A DNA stretch of 64,000 bases from a bacterium (GTDB lineage Bacteria; Patescibacteriota; Patescibacteriia; UBA9934). The DNA lies in contig JAQCKO010000004.1 in NCBI GenBank assembly GCA_027592325.1, positions 192 through 64,191 on the forward strand, in the 5' to 3' direction. A program made the position numbers and the translations under genes. The notes under the pieces are model-generated. The model was not told the origin of the DNA. It saw nothing but the letters and a program-made list of their open reading frames with translations, and made no database searches. Position 1 is the first letter of the stretch; each line of letters begins with the position of its first letter. Shown in pieces: positions 22,343 to 31,571 of the stretch.

Positions 22343-24520
22343 CTATGCGTCGTCTTCTTCGACTTCGTCGTCAGTGTCTTGATCATCATCAAGACTTTCC
22401 TCCATCTGCGGCTCTGTTTCTTCAGGTGGCCATGCTTTTACAAAAACCTCCCGCGGTTTCGACCCATTCGCCGCACCAATGAGTCCGGCTTCTTCCATTA
22501 AGTCAATAATACGTGCTGCACGTGAGTACCCGATACGCAAACGCCGTTGCAAAAATGATGTCGAAACGCGCTTGGCTCGTACAGCGACTTCCATGGCTTC
22601 ATCGAACATATCGTCCCCTTCTTCCCCATCGAATGAGGTACCACCGGTGCGTGAAGATTCCGTTATTTGATAATTATAGTCTGGTTCACCTTCTGCTTTT
22701 AAAAAGTCAATGATCTTTTTAATTTCATCATCTGAAATATACGCACCTTGCACGCGTCGAGGCTTCGACAGCTGCGGACCCGCCATGAGCATATCTCCGC
22801 GCCCGAGCAATTTTTCCGCACCCGAGATATCAAGAATCGTCTTCGAATCGACCTGCGATGCAACAGAAAAAGCCAGACGTGTTGGAATGTTCGCTTTAAT
22901 CGTTCCCGTAATGACATCAACCGATGGTCGCTGCGTCGCAAGTATAAGGTGAATCCCTGCTGCACGGGCCATTTGGGCAATACGTACGATCACAGCTTCA
23001 ACATCACGCTTATTCTGACTCATTAAATCGGCAAGCTCGTCAATGACGATGACGATTTTTGGCATGCGGTCTTCGAATTTTTCATTATACGAATCAATGT
23101 CACGAACACCTGCCTTCGCAAGATGATCAAGACGACGTTCCATTTCGCGTACCCCCCACTTGAGCGCGTTAATCGCTTCTTCTACTTTTGTAATCGGCGG
23201 GATGAGAAGATGTGGAATGCCTGCATACACACCAAGCTCAACACGCTTTGGATCAACCATGATGAACTTTAGGTCATCTGGTCCGTTCTGATACAGCAGT
23301 GCACAAATAATGATATTCAAACAGACGGACTTTCCTGAACCCGTCGCACCCGCAACAAGCATATGCGGTGCCTTGTCAACAAATACTGCCTGTGCAGATC
23401 CTGTGACGTCCTTTCCGAGCGGCGCCATATAATTTGATGCTCTGCGTTTGAACAACTTGGACTCAAGAAGTTCGCGGAGTGTCACCGATCCAATCGATTG
23501 ATTTGGCACCTCAATCCCAACGAGCGATCTTCCTGGAATTGGCGCTTCAATACGAATTGGATGCGCAGCAAGCGCAAGAGCAAGGTCATTTTGTAGCGCC
23601 ACAATGCGTGAAAGCTTAATCCCCTGCGCCGGCTTTAGCGCATATTGCGTCACCGAAGGCCCGATGCGTACTTCACGCACGTCTACGTTAATACCAAAAT
23701 TCTCAAATGTACTTTGAATAATCTCAGTCGATTTTTCAATGTCACCAGGCTTTGCTTCCGAGGTCTTATTGTTGAGAATATCAACAGGAATCGACATCTC
23801 ACGCCGCATCTTGCTTGTCATCACCTTTTCCCCCTTGCGAATAATAGGAGCTGCACGTCCATGCTCGATGTCTTCATCGTCCTCCTCTTCTTCATCTATT
23901 TCCGCTTCCCGATCTTCTTCGTATTCATCTTCGGTCTCTTCTTCAAAAATGGTTTCATCCTCATCTTCGGCCTCTTCATCATTTTCCCCATCATACACAC
24001 GCGTGTTCTTTTTCTCCACCGAGAAAAGGGTGGCAATCGAGGTCTCAAATGTCACAAGTGCCGCGATAGCAAATACTGCTATCCCTACAATAAGCGCACC
24101 AGAAAAACCAAGCGCGTTTCCAAGAGCGCTCGATATCAGAAGCCCAATCGCTCCTCCAGCAAGAGATGCATCTCCTGAAGATGCATCAACACCAAACGCA
24201 AGGAGATTCACGATGCCGTTAAACGATAGGAGAAAGAGTAGAATCCCAACTCCCTGTATGGGACGAATAAGTGCCCTCTCAGGAAACGCTGTATCCCAAG
24301 CAAAAATTCCAAGAAATATGGCTGCTAGCCAGCGATCAAATCCGAAGAGATCCGCAAAGATCTTATTCACGAAAATGCCAACCGAACCAGCCGCACCAAG
24401 AAATGAAAAGAAGAGAAGCAGTGCAGCAGCGAGCAGCACAATAACGACAATCGCTCGCCGAAGTCCTTCGGAAAGCTCAATGCCAGACGAGCGCGAACGC
24501 TTAGATCGTTTTCGAGCCAT
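22343..24520 (-). CDS. ftsK: DNA translocase FtsK
   Basis: N-terminal TMs, AGATGSGKS, IDELADL, ATQRPS, gamma domain LQRRLRIGYSRAAR. Confidence 0.97.
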   Translation of the reverse strand: MARKRSKRSRSSGIELSEGLRRAIVVIVLLAAALLLFFSFLGAAGSVGIFVNKIFADLFGFDRWLAAIFLGIFAWDTAFPERALIRPIQGVGILLFLLSFNGIVNLLAFGVDASSGDASLAGGAIGLLISSALGNALGFSGALIVGIAVFAIAALVTFETSIATLFSVEKKNTRVYDGENDEEAEDEDETIFEEETEDEYEEDREAEIDEEEEDDEDIEHGRAAPIIRKGEKVMTSKMRREMSIPVDILNNKTSEAKPGDIEKSTEIIQSTFENFGINVDVREVRIGPSVTQYALKPAQGIKLSRIVALQNDLALALAAHPIRIEAPIPGRSLVGIEVPNQSIGSVTLRELLESKLFKRRASNYMAPLGKDVTGSAQAVFVDKAPHMLVAGATGSGKSVCLNIIICALLYQNGPDDLKFIMVDPKRVELGVYAGIPHLLIPPITKVEEAINALKWGVREMERRLDHLAKAGVRDIDSYNEKFEDRMPKIVIVIDELADLMSQNKRDVEAVIVRIAQMARAAGIHLILATQRPSVDVITGTIKANIPTRLAFSVASQVDSKTILDISGAEKLLGRGDMLMAGPQLSKPRRVQGAYISDDEIKKIIDFLKAEGEPDYNYQITESSRTGGTSFDGEEGDDMFDEAMEVAVRAKRVSTSFLQRRLRIGYSRAARIIDLMEEAGLIGAANGSKPREVFVKAWPPEETEPQMEESLDDDQDTDDEVEEDDA

Positions 24521-24561
24521 AATGGCAGTATTGTATCAAAAGAAGGCCCGAAGGCCTACTG

Positions 24562-25128
24562 TTATTTCTTGACGCGTTCAACGTAGTCCCCAGCTTCGGT
24601 ATTGATGTTCACTACGTCGCCTTGGTTGATGAAGATTGGCACGCGGACTTTTAGTCCATTGTCGCAAACGGCATCCTTTTGCACATTTCCTGAGGCAGTA
24701 TCGCCCTTGACCGCCGGCTGCGTTTCGGTAACTTCATAGCTAATCTTGAGTGGAAGTTCGAGCGCAATGGCTTTATCACCATGCATCACCAGTGTTACTT
24801 CAAGGCCTTCTTTCAAATATTTCTGATCATCTCCTGCAATATCGGCTCCGAGTACGACTTGTTCGTACGTTTTTCCGTCCATGAAGGTGAGCGTGTCCGT
24901 ATCGCCAAAAATATATTGCATCTTGCGATACTGAACATCTTCAAATGTAAGATTTTCTGATGATTTGAAATTATTTTCTTGAACCTTCCCGGTTGAAAGT
25001 GATTTCATTTTTGTGCGTACGAATGAGCTTCCCTTTCCAGGGGAAACGCGCTGAAAACCGGTGACAACATATAGCTGCCCCCCATAATTGATAACCGTTC
25101 CTTTTTTGATGTCATTTGGTGAAGGCAT
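24562..25128 (-). CDS. efp: Elongation factor P
   Basis: VSPGKGSSFVRTK, KGDTA and VPIFINQGD motifs. Confidence 0.96.
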   Translation of the reverse strand: MPSPNDIKKGTVINYGGQLYVVTGFQRVSPGKGSSFVRTKMKSLSTGKVQENNFKSSENLTFEDVQYRKMQYIFGDTDTLTFMDGKTYEQVVLGADIAGDDQKYLKEGLEVTLVMHGDKAIALELPLKISYEVTETQPAVKGDTASGNVQKDAVCDNGLKVRVPIFINQGDVVNINTEAGDYVERVKK

Positions 25129-25135
25129 AGCGTAT

Positions 25136-25978
25136 TTAATTTTCAAATAGATTGGGGAATAGCAAAATATTCCGAATGTCCCCAATACCGTACCTCTGCA
25201 TAATTAACCGGTCAACCCCGAGGGCATTGCCGTAGATAGGTTTTTCGATCGCGTCGATTGCCTCTAAATACGCTTCATCGATAGGATATACAGGTTTACC
25301 CCGCTGCCGGCGTTCTTCGGCTTCAGACTGAAAACGGGCGCGCTGTTCTTTGCTGTCGAGCAGCTCGGAAAAGCCATTGCACAGCTCAATACCATTTACG
25401 AATGCTTCAAATCGTTCGCCAGTTCGTCCATCTGCCGACGCTTTTGCAAGGCTAGCTTCTTCAATCGGATAATCGTAGATAAAACAGGCTTCATGGTCAT
25501 GAACAATGGTTAGATCTCCAGCTGCATCGACCTTGGCGTTGATGTGTTCGATGTGTTGCCAGTCAAGGTTACGATCGAGAACCGTGTCAATGAGTTCAGC
25601 CGTTTCTTGCATACAGTCGCGATAATCACCCGGCGCATACCACTCAAGCATGGTGAATTCGGGTAGATGAAGGCCCTTGGCATGCTCATCATTCCGGAAG
25701 ACCGGCCCGACGGTGTAAATTTTTTCCAGTCCGGCCGCGACGAGTTTTTTCATCGCATACTCTGGCGAGGTGCGCAGACCGAGCTTCTCGATTCGATGTG
25801 GTGAGACCGTCCGCAGCTCGGTTTCAAACGGCGATAAATTTGGCTCCATGCCAGGAGAGCGAAGCAAAATAGGCGTATCAACATACAAAAATCCCCGATC
25901 CATAAAAAATCGGTGAATGGTATCAGTAACGGTATTCCGCATGTGCAGGCGGTGGAGGATGTCGGCTTTTGCGAGCAT
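25136..25978 (-). CDS. epmA: EF-P lysine aminoacylase (LysRS paralogue)
   Basis: TSPEYAMKKL, FRNDE, PEFTMLEWY, ELCNGFSEL and ALGVDRL; no anticodon-binding domain; adjacent to efp. Confidence 0.9.
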   Translation of the reverse strand: MLAKADILHRLHMRNTVTDTIHRFFMDRGFLYVDTPILLRSPGMEPNLSPFETELRTVSPHRIEKLGLRTSPEYAMKKLVAAGLEKIYTVGPVFRNDEHAKGLHLPEFTMLEWYAPGDYRDCMQETAELIDTVLDRNLDWQHIEHINAKVDAAGDLTIVHDHEACFIYDYPIEEASLAKASADGRTGERFEAFVNGIELCNGFSELLDSKEQRARFQSEAEERRQRGKPVYPIDEAYLEAIDAIEKPIYGNALGVDRLIMQRYGIGDIRNILLFPNLFEN

Positions 25979-26070
25979 ATGCTACACCCTACCCTCACGG
26001 ACAAGCATTGACAACTCATTCCTAACGGTATAATCTCACTTCTTCGCTACATTGCGAAGTGGGAGAATAG

Positions 26071-26433
26071 ATGTCTCAAACCCGGATTGCTCGGCTCCAA
26101 ACGCGTGAGTCCATCATTGCGCAGCTGGATGCGACATTCGAAAGACTTCAGCCAAAGGGAGATGGTGCCCTGCGCTGGCAGCCCGTCCCGAATGTCGTGA
26201 TCATGCTTCCTCCTGCACTTGCAGATGCGAAGGAGGTGACACTCGATGTCGTGTCAGTCGAGGCACATGCACATGGAGTCGTGATGTACATCATGCGCAT
26301 CACGCACCAAATCGGTGCGGAGCAAGCAACGGTGCGCATCCCGTGGCAGCAACCGGCCCAGGTTCCTCTAAATAGACTAGCTACGGTGATCAAGGAATTC
26401 TTGGATCACCTGCCCACCGTCTCCACAGAGTAG
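26071..26433 (+). CDS. Orphan hypothetical protein
   Basis: TTGACA (26008)...TATAAT (26029), GGGAG RBS, terminator at 26468-26512. Confidence 0.6.
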   Translation: MSQTRIARLQTRESIIAQLDATFERLQPKGDGALRWQPVPNVVIMLPPALADAKEVTLDVVSVEAHAHGVVMYIMRITHQIGAEQATVRIPWQQPAQVPLNRLATVIKEFLDHLPTVSTE

Positions 26434-26569
26434 ACCGTCCCCATGCACCCATCTCGGGCCGCGTGGTCAATCCCCCGAAACTCACTCGAGCGACGGGGGA
26501 TTTGTCTTTGTTGACACGTTGAATCGTACGCCCTGCTCACGCGTTGGAACTGTTGTAGGCGCTGGTTCG

Positions 26570-26740
26570 AATAGATCTCTCGCTACGCTCCGCCTTCGCT
26601 CTTCGAGCTACGGACGAGCAAGCGAGAATTTGTCATTTCCCGCTTGCCCGGCCCGTCCGGCTCCGCCGTGGCTCCGCCGGGAACGAATGTGAGGGATCTT
26701 TTCGTCACGCCTGGCTGCTACCGCTTCGCAGGAATAACGA
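26570..26740. repeat. REP-like composite palindromic element
   Basis: Modules shared with 12709-12842, one of them inverted. Confidence 0.6.
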
Positions 26741-26901
26741 AAAGCGTGATTATAAAATTCGTCATGCGTACACAGCTTCATGCTACTAGTCCGGCTATCG
26801 TTTTACTCAGCCAGATCTGGCACTAATCGTAGATAAGCTGCCGGACTAATGGCTAAACGATAAAACAAAAATAGGCCCGTGGAGGCCCATTTTTGGTTGA
26901 G

Positions 26902-27117
26902 CTACTTCTGTGTATACGGAAGGAGTCCCATGAATCGTGCGCGCTTGATTTCGCGAGCAAGCTGGCGCTGGTGCTTCGCGGTAATCTCGGTCCGTTTTCG
27001 CGACACAATCTTTCCGAATGATGAAACGTAGCGCTTCAAAAGCTCGGTATTCTTGTAGTCAATCACAGCTTCCGTGTGAAGATCGATGCTCGCGTTGAGC
27101 TTCTTTTTCATTTGCAT
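26902..27117 (-). CDS. rpsR: 30S ribosomal protein S18
   Basis: [12 protein letters not shown]...[14 protein letters not shown]; no zinc-binding Cys. Confidence 0.96.
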   Translation of the reverse strand: MQMKKKLNASIDLHTEAVIDYKNTELLKRYVSSFGKIVSRKRTEITAKHQRQLAREIKRARFMGLLPYTQK

Positions 27118-27118
27118 A

Positions 27119-27541
27119 TTAGAATGGGATATCTTCTAGATTAATTTCGTCATCTGCTGGCGGCATGTTTCCACCTCCCATGGAAGATTCTCCCATCGGA
27201 GCATCACCTGAGCGGCTTAGCATGATCATATTTTCAGCGACTATCTCGGTACGATACTTCTTTTGTCCATCTTGTCCTTCCCAGTCCCGGGTTTGAAGCC
27301 GTCCGTCAATATAGACCTTTTTTCCCTTCTGTAGGTATTGCCCGCAAATATCTGCAAGTTTTCCCCATGCAACAATATTGTGATACTCAACCTGCTCCTG
27401 CTTTTCCCCCTGTTGATTTTTCCATGTGCGATTTGTCGCAATGCCGAATGAACAGACATTTTGTCCATTCGTGGTTTGACGTATTTCAGGATCGCGTGTG
27501 AGATTTCCAATGATCGTTGCCTTATTAAGAGAACCAGCCAT
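27119..27541 (-). CDS. ssb: Single-stranded DNA-binding protein
   Basis: [15 protein letters not shown]; C-terminal DIPF. Confidence 0.97.
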   Translation of the reverse strand: MAGSLNKATIIGNLTRDPEIRQTTNGQNVCSFGIATNRTWKNQQGEKQEQVEYHNIVAWGKLADICGQYLQKGKKVYIDGRLQTRDWEGQDGQKKYRTEIVAENMIMLSRSGDAPMGESSMGGGNMPPADDEINLEDIPF

Positions 27542-27570
27542 AGTGTTTGATTACGTATTTCTCCTTAAGA

Positions 27571-28050
27571 TTATACGTTATCGACTTCGCCATCAAGCAC
27601 TTCATCGATTTTCTTGTCGATTTCTTCTTCAGAAAGTGCTTCCGCCTTCGGTGTAGGTGCCACTTCTGGTACATCAGACGTGGCGATCTTCATTTTAGAC
27701 GCACGTTTTCCTTCTGCTGTGATTGGCGATTGATACTGGGTCATTTTCCATGTAAACGTCGGGATTCCTCCTTCGCGCTTCACAATCAAGTGACGAAGCA
27801 CTTCGTCAGCAAGACGAAGCTCTAGATCGATTTTGGCAACAGCTTCTCCTGCAATTTCGGCATAAAGAAGCACATATGTTCCGTGCGTATTCTTTTTGAT
27901 CGTATACGCGAACTTCATGCGGCCAAGATTTTCGGCCTTTTCTACTTTCCCGCCGTGCTTTTCAATGTAGCCTTGCACAGCTTGCATTACTCCTTCTACC
28001 TCGGTTTCCGAGTATCGAGCAGGAACAATGTACATGATTTCGTAGATCAT
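27571..28050 (-). CDS. rpsF: 30S ribosomal protein S6
   Basis: YEIMYIV...LGRMKFAYTIKK...VLRHLIV; rpsF-ssb-rpsR synteny. Confidence 0.93.
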   Translation of the reverse strand: MIYEIMYIVPARYSETEVEGVMQAVQGYIEKHGGKVEKAENLGRMKFAYTIKKNTHGTYVLLYAEIAGEAVAKIDLELRLADEVLRHLIVKREGGIPTFTWKMTQYQSPITAEGKRASKMKIATSDVPEVAPTPKAEALSEEEIDKKIDEVLDGEVDNV

Positions 28051-28186
28051 AGGTTTTTTACCGGCCTATCAAGATGTTGACAGGCAGCTTTTCAGCTCTG
28101 GTCGGTTAATAATTATAGGCGAATCGTAAGGGAAAAGGTCGATTTTGTCAAGGACAGAACGGCCCTGCAACAGCTATCTGCCCCTC

Positions 28187-29347
28187 CTACACAATAAACC
28201 GCACAATCTCTCGTCCGACGTATTGTCCTTCGCGCCTGTAAAGAAGCGTTTCTGAAAATGGCTTCTCTTTCATGCCAACTTCTTTCATCACTTCTCGAAT
28301 ACGAACAGGAATTGCGAGATCGCGGACATAATGAACAGGCGAGGCAACAATCATCACACCACCTGTTTTCATGGCGTTTTTTACCGATGAAAAACTTTCT
28401 CTATACAGCTCCTCTAGTTCTTGTACTACTGTCCTCACTGCACGCGCATCTTCGCGGCCTTTTCGTGGAGCGCCAAGATAAGGTTCGGTGACAACAATAT
28501 CGATGGTTGCATCTTCCAACATCGCCGTAATATTTCCAGCTTTCGTGTGATGGATCTCGTACGGAATCTCAAGCGCTTCTTCTTCAAGTAACCACCTCAC
28601 GCCGCGCTTTGTATCTTTTACCGCTTTTTCTGAGATATCAGACCCAATGAGCTTCCCCGCCCCAAGCATTGCCGCTTCCGCAAGAACCGTTCCTGACCCA
28701 CAAAACGGATCGAGAATCGTCTTACCCGCAATGTCTTCCCCAGCTAAATTGAGCATGATCCGCGCAAGCTTGGGTGGAAGCATGCCGCGCCTTGCATCGC
28801 GCCCGGGCCGATCCATGTCACGCTTTCGCCATGCGCCGTAGTCTTGAACGGCATGTACTTCACCGATCTGTATGCCTTTTTGATCGACAAAAAGCGCAAT
28901 ATCGCCCCCTTTATCAGGAAGATTGTTCTTCCTCGAAATTACTGATGTCACTTCCCCATCCTTACTTTGAATATACCGAACGGGGAACCCCGCCTGTTTC
29001 AGCGCGCGCTTCACTGAGAGACCAATGTTATCGAGATTTGCGCGTAACTGATCAGCATCTTGTTTTCCGCCAATATCGTAGACGCTAAGACCAAATTGAA
29101 TGCGACCTTCTTGCGAAACAAGCATAGATACCAAAAAGTCCCGCAGCTCACTGTCGGAATACACCTTTCCAATCACTTCCCCAAATTTCTGCATGCCGGC
29201 AAGGCGATATTGCAAATCGTGTAGTCGTCGGTCATCACTTTCAAAAAACATTACCGAATCCACTTGCATGGACGGCGTAATATGCGTCGATTCCGTGAGC
29301 TCAGCCAGCGAAATCGCTTTATTCGATCCTAATATCCCAAATTTCAT
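28187..29347 (-). CDS. SAM-dependent RNA methyltransferase (Trm11/UPF0020-like)
   Basis: GMLPPKLARIMLNL, LDPFCGSGT and TEPYLG motifs. Confidence 0.8.
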   Translation of the reverse strand: MKFGILGSNKAISLAELTESTHITPSMQVDSVMFFESDDRRLHDLQYRLAGMQKFGEVIGKVYSDSELRDFLVSMLVSQEGRIQFGLSVYDIGGKQDADQLRANLDNIGLSVKRALKQAGFPVRYIQSKDGEVTSVISRKNNLPDKGGDIALFVDQKGIQIGEVHAVQDYGAWRKRDMDRPGRDARRGMLPPKLARIMLNLAGEDIAGKTILDPFCGSGTVLAEAAMLGAGKLIGSDISEKAVKDTKRGVRWLLEEEALEIPYEIHHTKAGNITAMLEDATIDIVVTEPYLGAPRKGREDARAVRTVVQELEELYRESFSSVKNAMKTGGVMIVASPVHYVRDLAIPVRIREVMKEVGMKEKPFSETLLYRREGQYVGREIVRFIV

Positions 29348-29424
29348 AGGTAAATTGTATCATCATTGCATTGACGCATGCTTCTGTTTATGCTATATTC
29401 AGCGGTCATGCAAGAGGAGGAAAC

Positions 29425-30198
29425 ATGGCAATTTGCCGGTTGCGTGTAATTTTCTGCGCATTACTTGCCGCCTTCATCCTCACGGCCTGCTTCGGCGGCG
29501 GTACGGATGAACAACAGCAGGAGGATGTTCGTACCTCGTCGGTAGCGCCGTTCACGGAAGAGATTCTTTCCGTCGTGTCACAGCAGTACCGTATCGATGC
29601 GAAGAGCCACAAGGAATGGGCGCAGCGGTGCATTGAGAAGTGGGAGGTATTCCAGCAGGCTGAGCAGCTTACCGGCTACCCGGCGGCATTTCTTGCCGGC
29701 ATGGCCTCACATGAGTCCATGGGCTGCAAGACCAGTGCGAAGGACTGGGCCGGCGGTCGCGGCGTGATGCAGATCACTTCGCCTCCAACACCTGCGCAGA
29801 AGAAGCGCGTTGCTGCGATGCTCGGCATCAAGGTTAGCAAGCTCGATTGGACGCGCAACGACCTTCACAGCGTCCTCATGGGCGCCGTATTCCTCACGGA
29901 TTACGAGTCAGAACTTGGTTCGCGGCCGCATGGACTCCTTGCCTACAATATGGGTGCAGGAGGTGTGCGGAAACATGCACGCATGACGGGCTGGAAGAGT
30001 GGTGCTCTTCCGAGCCTTCTCACGATCGCACCGCATCTGCGGTACGAACGAAGGATGAAGCCGCGCACCTACGTGTGGCGCGTCCTGACGCATGTTGTCC
30101 TCATCGACCGGCTTAAGAATGGGCTGCAGATCGAGATGAATCGCGGCATCGTCCCCGCCGACATCCCTGGTTGGGATCCGCGTGACGACATTCACTAG
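29425..30198 (+). CDS. Putative lipoprotein lytic transglycosylase (SLT family)
   Basis: Lipobox LTAC, HES catalytic motif, GVMQI, LLAYNMG; own promoter (29371-29399), RBS and terminator. Confidence 0.75.
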   Translation: MAICRLRVIFCALLAAFILTACFGGGTDEQQQEDVRTSSVAPFTEEILSVVSQQYRIDAKSHKEWAQRCIEKWEVFQQAEQLTGYPAAFLAGMASHESMGCKTSAKDWAGGRGVMQITSPPTPAQKKRVAAMLGIKVSKLDWTRNDLHSVLMGAVFLTDYESELGSRPHGLLAYNMGAGGVRKHARMTGWKSGALPSLLTIAPHLRYERRMKPRTYVWRVLTHVVLIDRLKNGLQIEMNRGIVPADIPGWDPRDDIH

Positions 30199-30341
30199 CC
30201 CGTCCTCAACTTTGAGGGCGGGTTTTTGTCTTCTATAAATACACGAATAGATCCGTCGACTTCGGCCCAAGCTTCCTCTCGGGATAACAGGGTACGCTAG
30301 ATTCCTGCTTTCGCAGGAATGACGACATCAATTTTATGGAA

Positions 30342-30456
30342 GTGCTCAGATGCCTGAGATGGTGGTGCCGTTTGAGAACCGAAGTGAAGCGTACTTCCTG
30401 ATACATTGAACGAGGACCGGTGAACGAAGCCGCCAGATTAGGTGAGCTGTGCAGCC
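30342..30456. repeat. Degenerate ERIC-like hairpin element
   Basis: TCAGATGC...GAAGTGAAGCGTA...TAC...GAACGAAGC...CAGAT...GCAGCC architecture. Confidence 0.35.
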
Positions 30457-31532
30457 TAATTAGCAAACCGGAACAAACACACATCTCCATCTTGCATCAC
30501 ATACTCCTTCCCCTCTACGCGCGCTTTTCCAGCATCGCGAGCGCCCGTCCAACCACCAAGCGCAACAAAGTCGGCATATGAAACCGTTTCTGAACGAATA
30601 AATCCTTCTTCAAAATCGGTATGAATGACTCCAGCTGCTTGCGGTGCTTTCATCCCTTCTGAAATCGTCCACGCACGCGTTTCTTTTTCCCCACTGGTGA
30701 AATACGTCATCAGTCCGAGCTTTTTATAGGCTGCTTTAATCACCCTATCGAGTCCCGATTCCGTAAGTCCGTATTCCTCCATAAACATGTTTGCATCATC
30801 ACCTTCCAGCGTGGCAATCTCGGCCTCAATTTTCACGCAAACCGGAATCGCGGCGCGGTCTGGTCCGAGCGGGGACTCCCACGCCGAGTTCTTCACATCT
30901 TCCTCACTCACGTTCACAATGTAGAGGATATCTTTCATCGTCAGTAGCGGCATTTCATGCATGGCCTTTTGTTCTTCTGCCGTAAGCGTCGCAACGCTCG
31001 CCATCCTCCCGGCATCAAGTTCGCTTTTGATCTTTCTCAGCGCTTCAAGAAGATGTCCTTCATGCTTTTCGAGTCCCCCACGCGCCTTTCGTTCGAGCGA
31101 TTCAAAACGTTTATCGACGGCAGCAAGGTCGGCAAGCGCGAGTTCGAGCTCAATCACTTCTACATCGCGTACTGGATCAACCGACCCATCAACGTGATGA
31201 ATGTCACTGCTTTCAAATCCGCGCACAACGTGTGCAATCATATCGGTTTCGCGAATATTGGTAAGGAACTTATTTCCAAGCCCTTCCCCTGCATGCGCCC
31301 CTTTTACAAGTCCTGCAATATCAACAAATTCTATAGCTGCGCCAATCATTTTCTGTGCCTTCGAAATCTCGGCAAGAACCTTCAAACGATCGTCAGGAAC
31401 CTCAACAACCCCGACATTTGGTTCAATTGTACAAAAAGGGAAATTTTCACAGTCTACCTGTTTTTTTGTGAGCGCAGAAAAAAGCGTTGATTTTCCAACA
31501 TTAGGGAGCCCGACAATTCCAACTTTTAGCAT
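30456..31532 (-). CDS. ychF: Ribosome-binding ATPase YchF
   Basis: GIVGLPNVGKSTLF, FPFCTIEPN, DIAGLVKGA and TGS domain. Confidence 0.97.
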   Translation of the reverse strand: MLKVGIVGLPNVGKSTLFSALTKKQVDCENFPFCTIEPNVGVVEVPDDRLKVLAEISKAQKMIGAAIEFVDIAGLVKGAHAGEGLGNKFLTNIRETDMIAHVVRGFESSDIHHVDGSVDPVRDVEVIELELALADLAAVDKRFESLERKARGGLEKHEGHLLEALRKIKSELDAGRMASVATLTAEEQKAMHEMPLLTMKDILYIVNVSEEDVKNSAWESPLGPDRAAIPVCVKIEAEIATLEGDDANMFMEEYGLTESGLDRVIKAAYKKLGLMTYFTSGEKETRAWTISEGMKAPQAAGVIHTDFEEGFIRSETVSYADFVALGGWTGARDAGKARVEGKEYVMQDGDVCLFRFAN

Positions 31533-31571
31533 ATGACGGGAAGATACCCGAAAACGCATCATTTGAACAGA

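Noticed and set aside
23739-24572. 277-aa Ser-rich plus-strand ORF
   Set aside because: Antisense shadow of the acidic FtsK linker; the same applies to the shadows of rpsP, rpoC and 37062-39593.
30279-30296. 15/18 match to the I-SceI site
   Set aside because: Imperfect and inside a REP-like region; chance match.
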